Counted from the stretch's first letter, positions 10,935 to 22,710 are shown. The stretch is 64,000 bases of DNA from Roseicyclus sp. (GCF_018402035.1 NZ_JAGYJN010000001.1:746327-810326); one strand, 5' to 3'. Translations and numbers: made by a program. Notes: a model not told the origin generated them from the sequence alone.

Positions 10935-12230
10935 TCAATCTGCAAAGGGATCGGTCACAAGGATCGTGTCGTCCCGTTCAGGTGAGGTAGACAGTAGCGC
11001 CACCGGGCATTCGATCAACTCTTCGATACGGCGCACATATTTCACCGCCTCACCCGGCAGATCGGCCCAGCTGCGCGCCCCTTCGGTCGAGGCGGCCCAA
11101 CCGGGCATCTCTTCGTAGATGGGCGTGCAGCGCGCCTGTTGATCGGCGGCCGTGGGCAGGTAATCAAGCCGCTCCCCATCCAGATCATAGGCCACACAGA
11201 TCTTTAGCGTCTCGAACCCGTCGAGCACATCAAGCTTGGTCAGCGCGATCCCCTTGACCCCCGAGGTGGCGCAGGTCTGGCGCACAAGGCAGGCATCAAA
11301 CCAGCCGCAGCGCCGTTTGCGCCCCGTCACGGTGCCAAACTCGCGCCCACGCTCGCCCAAGCGCTGGCCATCAGCGTCTTTGAGTTCGGTCGGAAACGGC
11401 CCTTCGCCGACCCGGGTGGTATAGGCCTTCACGATGCCCAAGACGTAATTGATCGCCGTCGGTCCCAAGCCAACACCCGTCGCCGCCTGACCCGCGATCA
11501 CATTGGACGAAGTGACAAAGGGATAGGTGCCAAAATCAATGTCAAGAAGCGCGCCTTGCGCCCCTTCAAACAAGATGCGCTTGCCCGCCTTGCGCTTGTC
11601 GTTCAGCACCTTCCAAACCGGGGCAGCATAGCGCAAGATCTCGGGCGCGATGGCGCGCAAACGGTCCAAGAGCGCGTCGCGGTCAACCTCGGCGATGCCA
11701 AGGCCCCGGCGCAGCGGGTTGTGATGCTGCAGCGCGCGATCAACCCGCGCCACCAGCGTCGCGTCATCGGCCAAATCGGCCACCCGCACCGACCTGCGGC
11801 CGACCTTATCCTCATAGGCGGGGCCGATGCCGCGCCCCGTCGTGCCGATCTTGGTGCCAGCGCTGGCGGCCTCTTCGCGGGCACGATCAAGCTCGCCATG
11901 GATCGGCAAGATCAGCGGCGTATTCTCCGCGATCATCAGCGTCTCGGGCGTGATCTCGACGCCCTGCTGGCGGATCGAGGCAATCTCATCGATCAGATGC
12001 CAAGGGTCGAGCACGACACCATTGCCGATGACGCTGAGCTTGCCGCCCCGCACCACGCCCGAGGGCAGCGCGTTGAGCTTGTAGACCTTGCCATCGATGA
12101 CCAGCGTATGGCCCGCATTATGGCCACCTTGGAAGCGCGCGATGACATCGGCGCGTTCCGACAACCAATCAACGATCTTGCCTTTGCCTTCATCGCCCCA
12201 CTGGGCCCCAACAACGACGACATTAGCCAT
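10935..12230 (-). CDS. purA: adenylosuccinate synthase
   Basis: [31 protein letters not shown] and [13 protein letters not shown] motifs; 431 aa. Confidence 0.95.
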   Translation of the reverse strand: MANVVVVGAQWGDEGKGKIVDWLSERADVIARFQGGHNAGHTLVIDGKVYKLNALPSGVVRGGKLSVIGNGVVLDPWHLIDEIASIRQQGVEITPETLMIAENTPLILPIHGELDRAREEAASAGTKIGTTGRGIGPAYEDKVGRRSVRVADLADDATLVARVDRALQHHNPLRRGLGIAEVDRDALLDRLRAIAPEILRYAAPVWKVLNDKRKAGKRILFEGAQGALLDIDFGTYPFVTSSNVIAGQAATGVGLGPTAINYVLGIVKAYTTRVGEGPFPTELKDADGQRLGERGREFGTVTGRKRRCGWFDACLVRQTCATSGVKGIALTKLDVLDGFETLKICVAYDLDGERLDYLPTAADQQARCTPIYEEMPGWAASTEGARSWADLPGEAVKYVRRIEELIECPVALLSTSPERDDTILVTDPFAD

Positions 12231-12541
12231 GGCAGATCCTCCGATTGCGACCCGGGCGGGCTATAACGGTCCGAGGGGCGGGTTGGAAGCGGAAGATCAT
12301 GCGAATCGCGCGAATTCCGCGCAGCGGCGCGACACGCCGCCGCAACACCGCCATGGGGCTATGCGCGCGCGTTAAAAGGCATACATCGGTGTACCGCATC
12401 ACCAAGATATGCTTTGGAAATAAAAAAGTTTCAAATACAGGGGCGACTCGCGTTATGGTTGACTGACTTGGGCTTGCGGCGGCATGCCGCATCTCATAAG
12501 TAAGCCGAAATCCGAGCCAGGCCTCGCGAAGGACACCGCCA

Positions 12542-12904
12542 ATGGAAAACATCATTCTCGTCGTCCATCTGATCCTCGCGATCTGTCTTATCGGCGTTGT
12601 GCTTTTGCAGCGGTCCGAAGGCGGCGGGCTTGGCCTTGGCGGCGGTGGTGGCGGTGTGATGAGTGGTCGGCAAGCGGCCACTGCACTCGGCAAGCTGACT
12701 TGGGCCTTTGCGATCGCCTTTCTGGCAACCTCGATCACCTTGACGATCATCGCGGCGCAAAACTCCGCCGGTTCATCGGTGCTTGACCGCATCGGCGGCG
12801 GCACGGCATCCGAAGCGGGCGACAGCCCCGCGCTTCCGCCCGCGTCCGATTTGCTGCCGCCAATCACCGGCGACGCGCCGCTTTTGCCGCCACGCGCGGA
12901 TTGA
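12542..12904 (+). CDS. secG: preprotein translocase subunit SecG
   Basis: MENIILVVHLILAICLIGVVLLQRSEGGGLG followed by a second TM. Adjacency to pyrG is typical. Confidence 0.85.
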   Translation: MENIILVVHLILAICLIGVVLLQRSEGGGLGLGGGGGGVMSGRQAATALGKLTWAFAIAFLATSITLTIIAAQNSAGSSVLDRIGGGTASEAGDSPALPPASDLLPPITGDAPLLPPRAD

Positions 12905-13070
12905 TCGGCAAATTTTCGTATATTTAGGGTCTTTCTCACGGCTGACCCAATATCATGTGTCGCATCCCTTGCGGGGATGTGGCGAATCCAGTTAAGATCA
13001 AATCCCGTGATACAGGGATAGGCAGGGCGCTGATGATGCGGCGCGCTCCGGCACGGGAAGGTTTGCTGAC

Positions 13071-14714
13071 ATGGCGCGATTCATTTTCATCACCGGCGGT
13101 GTGGTCTCCTCGCTTGGCAAGGGGTTGGCATCGGCGGCGTTGGGCGCGCTGTTGCAAGCACGCGGCTTTACGGTGCGGCTGCGCAAGCTTGACCCCTATC
13201 TCAACGTCGATCCCGGCACGATGTCGCCTTTTGAGCATGGCGAGGTGTTCGTCACAGACGATGGGGCGGAAACAGACCTCGATCTTGGCCATTATGAGCG
13301 TTTTACCGGCGTCGCCGCGCGGATGACGGATTCGGTATCATCAGGCCGGATTTATTCCACCGTTCTCGAGAAAGAACGCCGCGGTGATTACTTGGGAAAA
13401 ACCATCCAAGTTATCCCCCATGTCACCAATGAGATCAAAGACTTCATCCGCATCGGCGAGGATGAGGTCGATTTCATGCTTTGCGAAATCGGCGGCACCG
13501 TCGGCGATATCGAGGGACTGCCGTTTTTCGAAGCGATCCGCCAATTCAGCCAAGACAAGCCGCGTGGACAATGCATTTTCATGCATCTGACGCTGTTGCC
13601 CTATATCAAGGCCAGCGGCGAGTTAAAGACCAAGCCCACCCAGCACTCGGTCAAAGAACTCCGCTCGATCGGCATTGCGCCCGATATCCTTGTGTGCCGG
13701 TCCGAAGGGCCGATCCCCGCCAAGGAACGCGAGAAACTGGCGCTGTTTTGTAATGTCCGCCCCGATGCCGTGATCGCCGCCCAAGATCTGGCCTCGATCT
13801 ACGAAGCGCCCTTGGCCTATCACCGCGAGGGGATGGATCAGGCGGTGCTTGACGCCTTTCAAATCAGCCCAACCCCCAAGCCCGACCTCTCGGCTTGGGA
13901 GGATGTCGCCGACCGCATCGCCAACCCCGAGGGTGAAGTGCGCGTGGCCATCGTGGGCAAATACACCCAGCTTGAAGATGCCTATAAATCCATTGCCGAG
14001 GCGCTGACCCATGGCGGCATCGCCAACCGCGTCAAGGTTAAGGCTGAGTGGATCGATGCCGAGATTTTCGAGCGCGAAGATCCCGCCCCCTATCTTGAAG
14101 GCTTCGACGCGATCTTGGTGCCCGGCGGTTTCGGCGAGCGCGGCACCGAAGGCAAGATCAAAGCCGCCGAGTTTGCGCGGACCCGCAAAGTGCCTTACCT
14201 CGGTATTTGCCTTGGCATGCAGATGGCGGTGATCGAAGCCGCACGCAACCTCACCGATCTGCGCGATGCAGGTTCAGAAGAATTCGACCATGAAGCGGGG
14301 AAAAAGCGTTTCACGCCTGTGGTTTACCACCTCAAAGAATGGGTGCAGGGCAACGCATCGGTGACCCGCAAGCTGACCGATGCCAAGGGCGGCACGATGC
14401 GCCTTGGTGCCTATGATGCGGTGCTGAAAGCAGGCTCCAAGGTTGCAGGCGTCTATGGCGGGCTTAACATCGAAGAACGCCACCGCCACCGCTACGAGGT
14501 CGATATCAAATATCGCGAGGCGCTTGAGGCCAAGGGATTGTGCTTTTCGGGCATGTCGCCCGATGGCCGCCTGCCCGAGATCGTCGAGATCGAGGATCAC
14601 CCGTGGTTCATCGGGGTGCAATTCCACCCCGAGCTGAAGTCTAAGCCACTCGCACCCCATCCGCTGTTTCGCGATTTCGTGCGCGCGGCCAAGGAAAACT
14701 CGCGACTGGTCTAG
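13071..14714 (+). CDS. pyrG: CTP synthase
   Basis: [18 protein letters not shown] and the GATase domain motif GICLGMQ; 547 aa. Confidence 0.95.
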   Translation: MARFIFITGGVVSSLGKGLASAALGALLQARGFTVRLRKLDPYLNVDPGTMSPFEHGEVFVTDDGAETDLDLGHYERFTGVAARMTDSVSSGRIYSTVLEKERRGDYLGKTIQVIPHVTNEIKDFIRIGEDEVDFMLCEIGGTVGDIEGLPFFEAIRQFSQDKPRGQCIFMHLTLLPYIKASGELKTKPTQHSVKELRSIGIAPDILVCRSEGPIPAKEREKLALFCNVRPDAVIAAQDLASIYEAPLAYHREGMDQAVLDAFQISPTPKPDLSAWEDVADRIANPEGEVRVAIVGKYTQLEDAYKSIAEALTHGGIANRVKVKAEWIDAEIFEREDPAPYLEGFDAILVPGGFGERGTEGKIKAAEFARTRKVPYLGICLGMQMAVIEAARNLTDLRDAGSEEFDHEAGKKRFTPVVYHLKEWVQGNASVTRKLTDAKGGTMRLGAYDAVLKAGSKVAGVYGGLNIEERHRHRYEVDIKYREALEAKGLCFSGMSPDGRLPEIVEIEDHPWFIGVQFHPELKSKPLAPHPLFRDFVRAAKENSRLV

Positions 14715-14718
14715 CCCG

Positions 14719-14740
14719 GCGGAAAACGCCCGTTTTCCGC
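14719..14740. terminator. hairpin between convergent pyrG and the aminotransferase gene
   Basis: GCGGAAAACG (14719-14728) and CGTTTTCCGC (14731-14740) form an inverted repeat. Confidence 0.5.
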
Positions 14741-14774
14741 ACGGGAAATCTCCAGATTTCCGTTGCGTTTTCTT

Positions 14775-15977
14775 TCAGAAAACGCGCCCCATCCCTGTCA
14801 CCTCGTCGCGGATGATCTCCGCAATCAGGCGCACATCGGCCTCCGAGAATGTCAGCGGCAAGCGCATGTCGATCAGCCCGGCAAGGATCGCATCGGTGCG
14901 CGGCAAGCGTTGGGGCGGCGCATAGCGCCAGCTATCATAGCGCGAGGTAAAGGCCACGGGCTCGGCCGCGCCGAACCATTTCAACTCTACCCCCCGCGCG
15001 GCGCAGGCAGCCAAAAGCGCGCGCATCGTATCGGCGGACCAGCCCGGCAAAAGGAACTGGAAAGACGAGCCAACGATGCTTTCTTGCGCCGGGCGTTCGA
15101 TCAGGCGCAGCCCTGCGATATTGCGCAGACCCGCCTCCAACATCCGGTAAAGCGCGTTCCAGCGCGCGACCTGCTGGGGGAGTGCGGCAAGCTGTGGGCG
15201 CAAGATCGCGGCGCGCAGATGATCCATCCTGCCCGAGATATTGGGCGTCTCATACTTTACATTTTCGAACATTTCGACAGGGGGTGCAGCGGTGTGCTTG
15301 CCGTAAAGCATATAGGAACCCGACAAAACCACCGCGCGGGCCATGACCTCGGCATCATCGGTGACCAAAAGCCCCCCCTCGCCGGAATTGATATGCTTAT
15401 AGGTCTGGGTCGAGTAGCAGCCGATCACCCCATGCCGCCCCGATGGCATGCCGCGCCATGCCGCCCCCATCGTATGGGCGCAATCCTCGATCACCTGCAG
15501 ATCATGCGCGCGCGCCAACGCCATCAGCCGGTCCATGTCGCAGATATGGCCGCGCATATGGCTAAGGAGCAGCACCCTTGCCCCGCTCTCGCGCGCCTTT
15601 TGGGCCAGATCGTCAAGATCGATGGTCAGATCTTGCGTCGTCTCGACGAAAACCGGCACCGCCCCGACGCTTGCGATCGCCCCCGGCACGGGGGCCAGCG
15701 TCCAGCCATTGGACAAGATCTTATCGCCCACCTGCACACCGATGGCGCGCATCGCGCAGCTCATCGCATAGCCGCCCGAGGCCACGGCCAGCCCGTAGCG
15801 CGCGCCCGTAAAGGCCGCAAATTCGCGTTCGAGTGCTGCCACCTCGCCCTCGTCGCCGGGCAAAAGGTTATAGCGATGCAACCGCCCCGAGCGCATCACA
15901 TCCAGCGCTGCGGCAATCGCCGCCTCGGGAATGGGTTCTTGCTGGGTGAAATTGCCGGTGAAAACAGGTTTTGTCAT
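14775..15977 (-). CDS. PLP-dependent aminotransferase, DegT/DnrJ/EryC1/StrS-like
   Basis: 400 aa. N-terminal EREFAAFTGARYGLAVASGGYAMSCAMRAIGVQVGDKIL and the overall length fit this family. Substrate unknown. Confidence 0.65.
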   Translation of the reverse strand: MTKPVFTGNFTQQEPIPEAAIAAALDVMRSGRLHRYNLLPGDEGEVAALEREFAAFTGARYGLAVASGGYAMSCAMRAIGVQVGDKILSNGWTLAPVPGAIASVGAVPVFVETTQDLTIDLDDLAQKARESGARVLLLSHMRGHICDMDRLMALARAHDLQVIEDCAHTMGAAWRGMPSGRHGVIGCYSTQTYKHINSGEGGLLVTDDAEVMARAVVLSGSYMLYGKHTAAPPVEMFENVKYETPNISGRMDHLRAAILRPQLAALPQQVARWNALYRMLEAGLRNIAGLRLIERPAQESIVGSSFQFLLPGWSADTMRALLAACAARGVELKWFGAAEPVAFTSRYDSWRYAPPQRLPRTDAILAGLIDMRLPLTFSEADVRLIAEIIRDEVTGMGRVF

Positions 15978-16021
15978 GGATCACAGAATTGAGTGCCAAA
16001 CCCTCCGCGTCAATGCCCCGA

Positions 16022-16687
16022 TCAGGCGATCAACCGATCAATAACGCTGTCCAACCCGTCATAATGATTGATCAGCGCCTCTGGCCCAAGATCGGCGACC
16101 GATTGGCCCAAGGGCCCGAATGTGACCAGGGCACAAGGCCGGCCCGCTGCGCGCGCCGTATCGCGGTCGGTCACTGTATCGCCGATCAGGCAAGATTGCC
16201 TCCGTGCACCGCCCGCGCGCGCCACCGCCTCGAAAAACGGGGCTGGGTCAGGCTTGCGGACGGGCAATGTGTCAGCCCCCACAAGGGCTGCGAATTCTGC
16301 CCTGACGCCCAGCCGGGTCAACAGCGTCTCGGCCAAGCCTTCGGGCTTGTTGGTGCAAATGCCCACCGCGATGCCGCGCGCCTTGAGCCGGGCCACCGCA
16401 TCCATCGCGCCGGGGTAAAGCGTGGTGTGCCGGTCAATCGCGTCACCATAGGCCGACAACAAAAGCGGGTAGCCCGTAGCGATCATCGGCGCGGCCTGCG
16501 CCATCCCCATCCGGTCGGCCGCCAGTTGCAGCATCGCCCGCCCACCGCGCAGCGCGGTCGCATCATCGCGGCCCATCACCAATTGCGGCGCATGGCCCAT
16601 TGCGCCCAAGGCCGCATTGGCCGCAGCGATCAGATCACCGGCGGTATCGGCCAATGTCCCATCCAGATCGAAGATGACACAGCGCAT
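16022..16687 (-). CDS. HAD-superfamily hydrolase (phosphoglycolate-phosphatase-like)
   Basis: MRCVIFDLDGTLADT (DxDGT motif I) and CTNKP (motif II). The start is the ATG at 16687. Confidence 0.75.
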   Translation of the reverse strand: MRCVIFDLDGTLADTAGDLIAAANAALGAMGHAPQLVMGRDDATALRGGRAMLQLAADRMGMAQAAPMIATGYPLLLSAYGDAIDRHTTLYPGAMDAVARLKARGIAVGICTNKPEGLAETLLTRLGVRAEFAALVGADTLPVRKPDPAPFFEAVARAGGARRQSCLIGDTVTDRDTARAAGRPCALVTFGPLGQSVADLGPEALINHYDGLDSVIDRLIA

Positions 16688-16809
16688 GAGGCCCCCCTTG
16701 GGCAAGTTTCCGCCCGTCGATGTAACAGGGCGTAGGCCAAAGTGAAGCGCCAATGCTTGCGCCGCGCCCCACCTTCGATAAAACAGCCACAAAACGAGGG
16801 GCACATCGC

Positions 16810-18183
16810 GTGAGCATTTCCGAAACAGGCGCACCAACACCCATCGCGGTGATCATATTGGCCGCGGGCCAAGGCACGCGGATGAATTCCGATTTGCCCA
16901 AACCACTGCACAAGCTGGGGGGCGTGCCGCTCATCGCGCATGCTTTGCATGCGGCCAGCACCCTTTCACCTGCCCGGATCGTCGTGGTCACCGGTCATGG
17001 TGCGGACGCGGTTGAGAAAACCGTCGCTGAGCTTGCCCCTTGGGCCGAATATGTGCGCCAAACCGAACAACTGGGCACCGGGCATGCCGTGCTGCAAGCC
17101 GCCCCCCTCTTGGCCGATTTCAGCGGCGATGTGATCGTGCTTTACGCCGATACCCCCTTCATTTCAGAGGAAACCCTTGCCGCGATGCAGGCCGCGCGCG
17201 CGCATCACGATATCGTCGTGCTGGGGTTCGAGGCAGCCGATCCCGGCCGCTATGGGCGGCTCATCATGGATGGCGAGCGGCTCTTGCGCATCGTCGAGGC
17301 CAAGGATGCGACCCAAGCCGAGCGCGCCGTCACCATCTGCAATTCCGGCCTGATGGCGGGTGATGCGGCCACGATGCTGGGGCTTTTGGCAAAGGTTGGC
17401 AACCACAATGCCGCCGGTGAATACTACCTGACCGACCTGCCCGGTCTTGCGGTGGCCGATGGGCTGTCGGCCACGGCCATCCTCTGCCCCGAGGCCGAGA
17501 CGCTGGGCATCAATTCCCGTATCGAGCTTGCCCAAGCCGAGATTGCCTTTCAAACCGCCCGCCGCGCCGCGATGCTGGCAGATGGCGTCGCCATGCAAGC
17601 CCCCGAGACCGTGATCTTCGCCCAAGATACTTGGGTCGGACGCGATGCCGAGATCGAGCCTTATGTCGTCTTTGGCCCCGGTGTCACCGTGGAAAGCGGC
17701 GCACATATCCGCGCCTTTTCGCATCTCGAGGGGGCCCATGTCAGCGCGGGCGCCGTGATCGGCCCCTATGCCCGCCTGCGCCCCGGCGCGGAAATCGGCA
17801 ATGACGCGCGCATCGGCAATTTCGTCGAGGTGAAAGAGGCCCAAATCGGCGAAGGGGCCAAGGTCAATCACCTCAGCTATATCGGCGATGCCGAAATCGG
17901 GGATGCCAGCAATATCGGCGCAGGCACCATCACCTGCAACTACGATGGCGTCATGAAACATCGCACGGTCATTGGGCGCGATGTCTTTGTCGGCTCCAAC
18001 ACCATGCTGGTGGCCCCGGTCAGCCTTGGCGACCGCGCCATGACCGCCTCGGGCTCGGTCATCACCGAGGATGTGGCCCCCGGCGCGCTGGCCTTGGCCC
18101 GCGCCAAACAGGTCAACAAGCCCGGTCTGGCAATCCGATTGATGGAACGTTTGCGCGCCATCAAGGCCAGCAAGAAAGGTTAA
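16810..18183 (+). CDS. glmU: bifunctional GlcNAc-1-P uridyltransferase / GlcN-1-P acetyltransferase
   Basis: AVIILAAGQGTRM and a C-terminal hexapeptide-repeat region. A GTG start at 16810 is likely; the ORF-track start is 16753. Confidence 0.9.
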   Translation: MSISETGAPTPIAVIILAAGQGTRMNSDLPKPLHKLGGVPLIAHALHAASTLSPARIVVVTGHGADAVEKTVAELAPWAEYVRQTEQLGTGHAVLQAAPLLADFSGDVIVLYADTPFISEETLAAMQAARAHHDIVVLGFEAADPGRYGRLIMDGERLLRIVEAKDATQAERAVTICNSGLMAGDAATMLGLLAKVGNHNAAGEYYLTDLPGLAVADGLSATAILCPEAETLGINSRIELAQAEIAFQTARRAAMLADGVAMQAPETVIFAQDTWVGRDAEIEPYVVFGPGVTVESGAHIRAFSHLEGAHVSAGAVIGPYARLRPGAEIGNDARIGNFVEVKEAQIGEGAKVNHLSYIGDAEIGDASNIGAGTITCNYDGVMKHRTVIGRDVFVGSNTMLVAPVSLGDRAMTASGSVITEDVAPGALALARAKQVNKPGLAIRLMERLRAIKASKKG

Positions 18184-18186
18184 ACC

Positions 18187-20001
18187 ATGTGCGGTATCGT
18201 CGGCGTTCTGGGCAGCCATGAGGTCGCCCCCCTGATCCTCGAGGCGCTCAAGCGGCTGGAATATCGTGGCTATGACAGCGCGGGCATTGCCACGCTGCAA
18301 GATGGCCACCTCGACCGCCGCCGCGCCGTGGGCAAGCTCATCAACCTCTCCGACCGACTGGTGCATGAGCCGCTGCCGGGCAAGGCAGGCATCGGCCATA
18401 CCCGCTGGGCCACCCATGGCGCACCGACCGAGGCGAACGCCCACCCCCACCAAAACGGCCCGGTCGCCGTGGTCCATAACGGCATCATCGAGAATTACCG
18501 CGAATTGCGGGCCGAACTTGCGGGCTCCAACTTCGAAAGCGAAACCGACACCGAAACCGTCGCCCATCTCTGCGCGCGTTTCATGGCGGGCGGCATGTCC
18601 CCGCGCGAAGCGGCCAAGGCCACCATCGCGCGGCTCGAGGGGGCTTTTGCGCTGTGTTTCTTGTTCGACGGGCATGATGATCTGCTGATCGCCGCGCGCC
18701 GCGGCTCGCCCTTGGCCATCGGCCATGGCGAGGCTGAGGGCGAGATGTATGTCGGGTCTGACGCCATCGCGCTGGCCCCCATGACCGACCAGATCACTTA
18801 TCTCGACGAGGGCGATATCGCCTTCATCACCCGCGCAGGCGCTGAGATTTTCGATGAAACCGGCACCCCCGCCAGCCGCCCCAAAACCCGGATCGAGATC
18901 GGCGCCGCCGTGATCGACAAGGCGGGATATAAGCATTTCATGGCCAAGGAAATCCACGAACAGCCCCGCGTGTTAGCCGAGGCGCTGGCCCGCTACGCGC
19001 CGGGCGCGCTGCCGGTCTTTCCCGAAAGCCTTGATTTCACCCGCTTCGACCGGGTTGTGATGGTGGCCTGCGGCACGGGCTATTATTCCTGCCTGACCGC
19101 GAAATACTGGTTTGAACAGGTGGCGGGCATCCCCTGCGAGGTCGATGTCGCCTCCGAATTCCGCTACCGCGAGCCGCCCTTGGCCCCGCGCACGCTGGCC
19201 CTTGTCGTCAGCCAATCAGGCGAGACCGCCGATACGCTGGCAGCACTTCGCTACCTGCGCGGACGGGCCGCGATGGTGGCAAGCCTTGTCAATGTCGGCA
19301 CCTCATCCATCGCGCGTGAAAGCGATGTGGCGCTGGCGATCTTGGCAGGTGTCGAGGTCTCGGTCGCCTCGACCAAGGCCTATACCAACCAACTGGCCGT
19401 GCTGGCGCTTTTGGCGCTGCATGCGGCAGGCCAGCGTGGCGTGCTGACCCCGGCCCAGATCGGTCAAGAACTCGACATGCTGCGCCATGTGCCCGAACAG
19501 ATGAACCAAGCGCTGGCCTGCGAGCCCGAGATCGCCGCCATCGCAGCCGGTCTGGCCGAGGCGCGCTCGGCCCTGTTTCTTGGGCGCGGGGTGATGTATG
19601 CAACCGCCCTTGAAGCGGCACTAAAACTAAAAGAACTCAGCTACATACATGCCGAAGCTTATGCATCGGGTGAACTGAAACATGGCCCCATCGCGCTGAT
19701 CGATCGCACCCTGCCCGTGCTGGTCTTTGCCCCCCATGACGCGCTCTTCGACAAGACCGTCTCGAACATGCAAGAGGTCATGGCCCGCGGCGGTCAGGTC
19801 ACGCTGATCACCGATGCGGCCGGTGCCGCCATCGCAGCAGAGGGCACACAAGCCACCCTGACCCTGCCCGCCGCAGGCCGCCTTGCCGCGCCCTTGGTCT
19901 ATGCCATCCCCGCCCAGCTTTTGGCCTATCACACCGCGATTGCCAAAGGCACCGATGTGGACCAGCCCCGCAACCTCGCCAAATCGGTGACCGTGGAATG
20001 A
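18187..20001 (+). CDS. glmS: glutamine--fructose-6-phosphate aminotransferase
   Basis: MCGIVG N-terminal nucleophile, two SIS domains and the C-terminal KSVTVE; 604 aa. Confidence 0.95.
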   Translation: MCGIVGVLGSHEVAPLILEALKRLEYRGYDSAGIATLQDGHLDRRRAVGKLINLSDRLVHEPLPGKAGIGHTRWATHGAPTEANAHPHQNGPVAVVHNGIIENYRELRAELAGSNFESETDTETVAHLCARFMAGGMSPREAAKATIARLEGAFALCFLFDGHDDLLIAARRGSPLAIGHGEAEGEMYVGSDAIALAPMTDQITYLDEGDIAFITRAGAEIFDETGTPASRPKTRIEIGAAVIDKAGYKHFMAKEIHEQPRVLAEALARYAPGALPVFPESLDFTRFDRVVMVACGTGYYSCLTAKYWFEQVAGIPCEVDVASEFRYREPPLAPRTLALVVSQSGETADTLAALRYLRGRAAMVASLVNVGTSSIARESDVALAILAGVEVSVASTKAYTNQLAVLALLALHAAGQRGVLTPAQIGQELDMLRHVPEQMNQALACEPEIAAIAAGLAEARSALFLGRGVMYATALEAALKLKELSYIHAEAYASGELKHGPIALIDRTLPVLVFAPHDALFDKTVSNMQEVMARGGQVTLITDAAGAAIAAEGTQATLTLPAAGRLAAPLVYAIPAQLLAYHTAIAKGTDVDQPRNLAKSVTVE

Positions 20002-20594
20002 GCCGCCTTGGCCCTGCGACCCTGACCCTGCGCGGCCGTCATGTCACCTTGGTGCCGCTTGACCGCATGCATGCCGAACCCCTGTCCGAGGCCAGCGCCG
20101 CGGGCGATCTGCACAAGCTGTGGTATACCGCCATCCCCGCGCCTGCGGGCATGTTGGCCGAGATCGACCGCCGCCTACGCCTGCGCGATATCGGCGCGAT
20201 GATCCCCTTTACCCAGCTTGACGCGCGGGGCATTCCCATCGGCATGACCAGCTATATGAATATCGACCACGCCACGCCACGCGTCGAGATCGGCTCGACC
20301 TGGATCGCGCCTACCGCCCAGCGCGGCCCGCTGAATACCGAGGCCAAGCGCCTGCTCTTGGGCCACGCTTTCGAGGTTTGGTCCTGCCTCGCGGTCGAGT
20401 TTCGCACCCACCGCCTGAACCAACAATCGCGCCGCGCCATCGAGCGGCTGGGCGCGCAGCTTGACGGGATCTTGCGCGCGCATATGACCATGCCCAATGG
20501 CACGATCCGCGACACGGCGGTCTATTCCATCACCGCGCAGGAATGGCCGGTCATCCGCGCCCATCTCGACGGGCTGATCGCGCGGCCAAGATGA
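19998..20594 (+). CDS. GNAT-family N-acetyltransferase (RimJ/RimL-like)
   Basis: 198 aa, beginning LRGRHVTLVPLDRMHAEPL. ATGA overlaps occur at both ends (with glmS and with the next gene). Confidence 0.65.
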   Translation: MSRLGPATLTLRGRHVTLVPLDRMHAEPLSEASAAGDLHKLWYTAIPAPAGMLAEIDRRLRLRDIGAMIPFTQLDARGIPIGMTSYMNIDHATPRVEIGSTWIAPTAQRGPLNTEAKRLLLGHAFEVWSCLAVEFRTHRLNQQSRRAIERLGAQLDGILRAHMTMPNGTIRDTAVYSITAQEWPVIRAHLDGLIARPR

Positions 20595-21274
20595 CAGCGG
20601 ATGACGCCATCGCCGCGCTCCGCGCCCATGCCGACCCGGCCCGCGCCACAGACATGGCCGCCTATCACAAACAAAGCCGCGAGGTGCTGGGCCTGTCCAA
20701 CGCGCTGACGGGCAGTTTGGCCGAGGAATGGCGCAAAGCCTTGGATCAACCCGGCCTTGTCACGCTTGCCCAAGGGCTTTGGGCAAGCGACATTTTCGAG
20801 GCGCGGATCGCGGCGGGTAAATTGTTCATCCAAGCCCGCATCCGCCCCGATGACCACGCCGCGTGGGATTGCATCACGGGCTTCGTGCCAGATTTCGACA
20901 GCTGGGCCATCGCCGATGCGGTGGCCCAAAGCGGTGCCAAACGGCTGATGCAAGACCCTCACCGCCTCGACATATTGGCGAATTGGACCCTATCCGATCA
21001 CATGTGGACACGCCGCGCGGCACTGGTCTTTGCGCTGCCCTTCACCAAAGCCCGCCACCCGAACGCGACCGAGGCGGCGGCGCGCGCATCCATCCTTGGC
21101 TGGTGCGAAACGCTCGCCCCCGACCGCGATTGGTTCATCCAAAAAGCCATCGCATGGTGGCTGCGCGAGTTGTCCAAGCGCGACCCCGATGCCGTCACCG
21201 CGTGGCTGGCAACCCATGGCGCCACCCTCAAACCTTTCGCCCGCAAGGAGGCGGCCCGCCAGCTTGGCCGTTAA
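20591..21274 (+). CDS. DNA alkylation repair protein (AlkD-like HEAT-repeat family)
   Basis: MTADDAIAALRAHADPARATDMAAYHKQSREVLGLSN...WIQKAIAWWLRELSK. ATG at 20591 overlaps the upstream stop (ATGA). Confidence 0.65.
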   Translation: MTADDAIAALRAHADPARATDMAAYHKQSREVLGLSNALTGSLAEEWRKALDQPGLVTLAQGLWASDIFEARIAAGKLFIQARIRPDDHAAWDCITGFVPDFDSWAIADAVAQSGAKRLMQDPHRLDILANWTLSDHMWTRRAALVFALPFTKARHPNATEAAARASILGWCETLAPDRDWFIQKAIAWWLRELSKRDPDAVTAWLATHGATLKPFARKEAARQLGR

Positions 21275-21417
21275 CCCGCCAACAAGATTAACGCGCCCTC
21301 TTTGCTTTACAAATACGCATGCCGGCCCATCCTCCCACGCGGTGCGCATGCAACAGCCAGACGCCCGCGATGCATGCGCTGCTTGCACTCGCCCCGCGCT
21401 TTGCGTCACCTGTGCGC

Positions 21418-22086
21418 ATGTTGCGCCGCCTCGCCCTTGCCCTGCTCTTCTGCCTCGCATCAACCGCTGCGTCGGCACAGGAATTCATCGCCGTGCCCGA
21501 TTTGATCTCGGATGAGGATTTCTACCGCCTCGTCGCCTGCGCGGCACCGCCGGGTGGCACCTGCGCCAAGCCCTTCATCCGCTGGCCCGTGACCCGACGC
21601 GCGGATTTGCGCATTGGCATTGCAGATGTCGCGCCCAGCTTTCCCAGCTATAAGCTTGATCTGATCGACCGCGCCATCGACGCGGCCATCGCCGAGATCA
21701 ATGCCACAGGGGCCGATGTGCATCTCACCCGTGTTTACGAAGGTGAGGTCGATATCCCGCTGTATCTTGTCCCGACACCGCAAGGCGCGCGGATCACCGG
21801 CACAAGCATCGCCGAGCTTGACGGCAGCGAAATGGCTATTGCCCGTGTGGCGCTGCGCTCACGCGGCGGCACGATCTTGTCAGCTGCCATCGCCATCAGC
21901 CAAGACATCCGTCGCCGCGAGATCGCCTCCGTCGTGCTCGAAGAGCTGGTCCAAGCCTTGGGCTTACCCACCGACATCTACAGCCCGGCCTATCGACCCT
22001 CGATCTTTTCCGAGATCGATAACGCCACGGTGTGGTTGCGCGGCCAAGATGCCGCCGCACTTCGCCGCCATTACCCGCGCCGCTGA
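21418..22086 (+). CDS. secreted protein of unknown function (DUF2927-like by recollection)
   Basis: ATG at 21418 gives the signal peptide [22 protein letters not shown]. The family assignment was not checked. Confidence 0.5.
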   Translation: MLRRLALALLFCLASTAASAQEFIAVPDLISDEDFYRLVACAAPPGGTCAKPFIRWPVTRRADLRIGIADVAPSFPSYKLDLIDRAIDAAIAEINATGADVHLTRVYEGEVDIPLYLVPTPQGARITGTSIAELDGSEMAIARVALRSRGGTILSAAIAISQDIRRREIASVVLEELVQALGLPTDIYSPAYRPSIFSEIDNATVWLRGQDAAALRRHYPRR

Positions 22087-22109
22087 GCGGCCCATCCAAG
22101 GACAGCCAG

Positions 22110-22649
22110 ATGCCCAACCAAAAATCGATCCAAGACTATATCCGCACCATCCCCGATTTCCCGCATGCGGGGATCATGTTTCGCGATGTGACCACGCTCT
22201 TCCAAGATCCGCGCGGCTTTCGGCTTGCGGTTGACCAGCTTTTGGCCCCTTTCGTGGGCGAGCGTATCGACATCGTCGTCGGGCTCGAGGCGCGCGGCTT
22301 TATCCTTGGCGGCGCGGTGGCCCATCAACTCTCCAAGGGGTTCGTGCCCGTGCGCAAAAAGGGCAAACTGCCCGGCGTGACCATTTCGCAGGATTATACC
22401 CTCGAATACGGCCAAGCGACGGTCGAGATCCATGACGACGCGCTGACACCCGGTCAAAAGGTGCTGCTCGTCGATGATCTTCTGGCGACAGGCGGCACCG
22501 CCGAGGCCGGTATCCGGCTGGTCGAGCGCTTGGGCGCCGAGGTGGTGGGCTGCGCCTTTGTCATCGACCTGCCCGACTTGGGCGGGCGCGCACGACTTGC
22601 GGCGATGGGCGTGCCCGTCCACGCGCTATGCGCCTTTGACGGTCTGTGA
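22110..22649 (+). CDS. apt: adenine phosphoribosyltransferase
   Basis: [20 protein letters not shown] and the PRPP-binding motif [16 protein letters not shown] at 22110. Confidence 0.9.
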   Translation: MPNQKSIQDYIRTIPDFPHAGIMFRDVTTLFQDPRGFRLAVDQLLAPFVGERIDIVVGLEARGFILGGAVAHQLSKGFVPVRKKGKLPGVTISQDYTLEYGQATVEIHDDALTPGQKVLLVDDLLATGGTAEAGIRLVERLGAEVVGCAFVIDLPDLGGRARLAAMGVPVHALCAFDGL

Positions 22650-22710
22650 CGCGAGAACCCGCGCCCAAGCGATTGCCATTCCAACGCCAAGCCGTTAGCC
22701 AAGCAGCGTT

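Noticed and set aside
12223-12939. 238-aa minus-strand ORF overlapping secG
   Set aside because: It is antisense to secG, which has the canonical TM/Gly-rich/TM layout. The antisense product is Pro/Ser/Arg-rich.
14763-15992. 409-aa plus-strand ORF opposite the DegT-like aminotransferase
   Set aside because: The minus-strand frame has a coherent aminotransferase-like N-terminus and ends in sensible intergenic spacing. The plus frame is Arg/His/Gln/Pro-rich with no features.
17164-18957. 597-aa minus-strand ORF spanning the glmU/glmS junction
   Set aside because: It is antisense to two unambiguous housekeeping genes, and its Gly/Ala/Asp/His-rich translation has no motifs. This is a GC-driven open frame.
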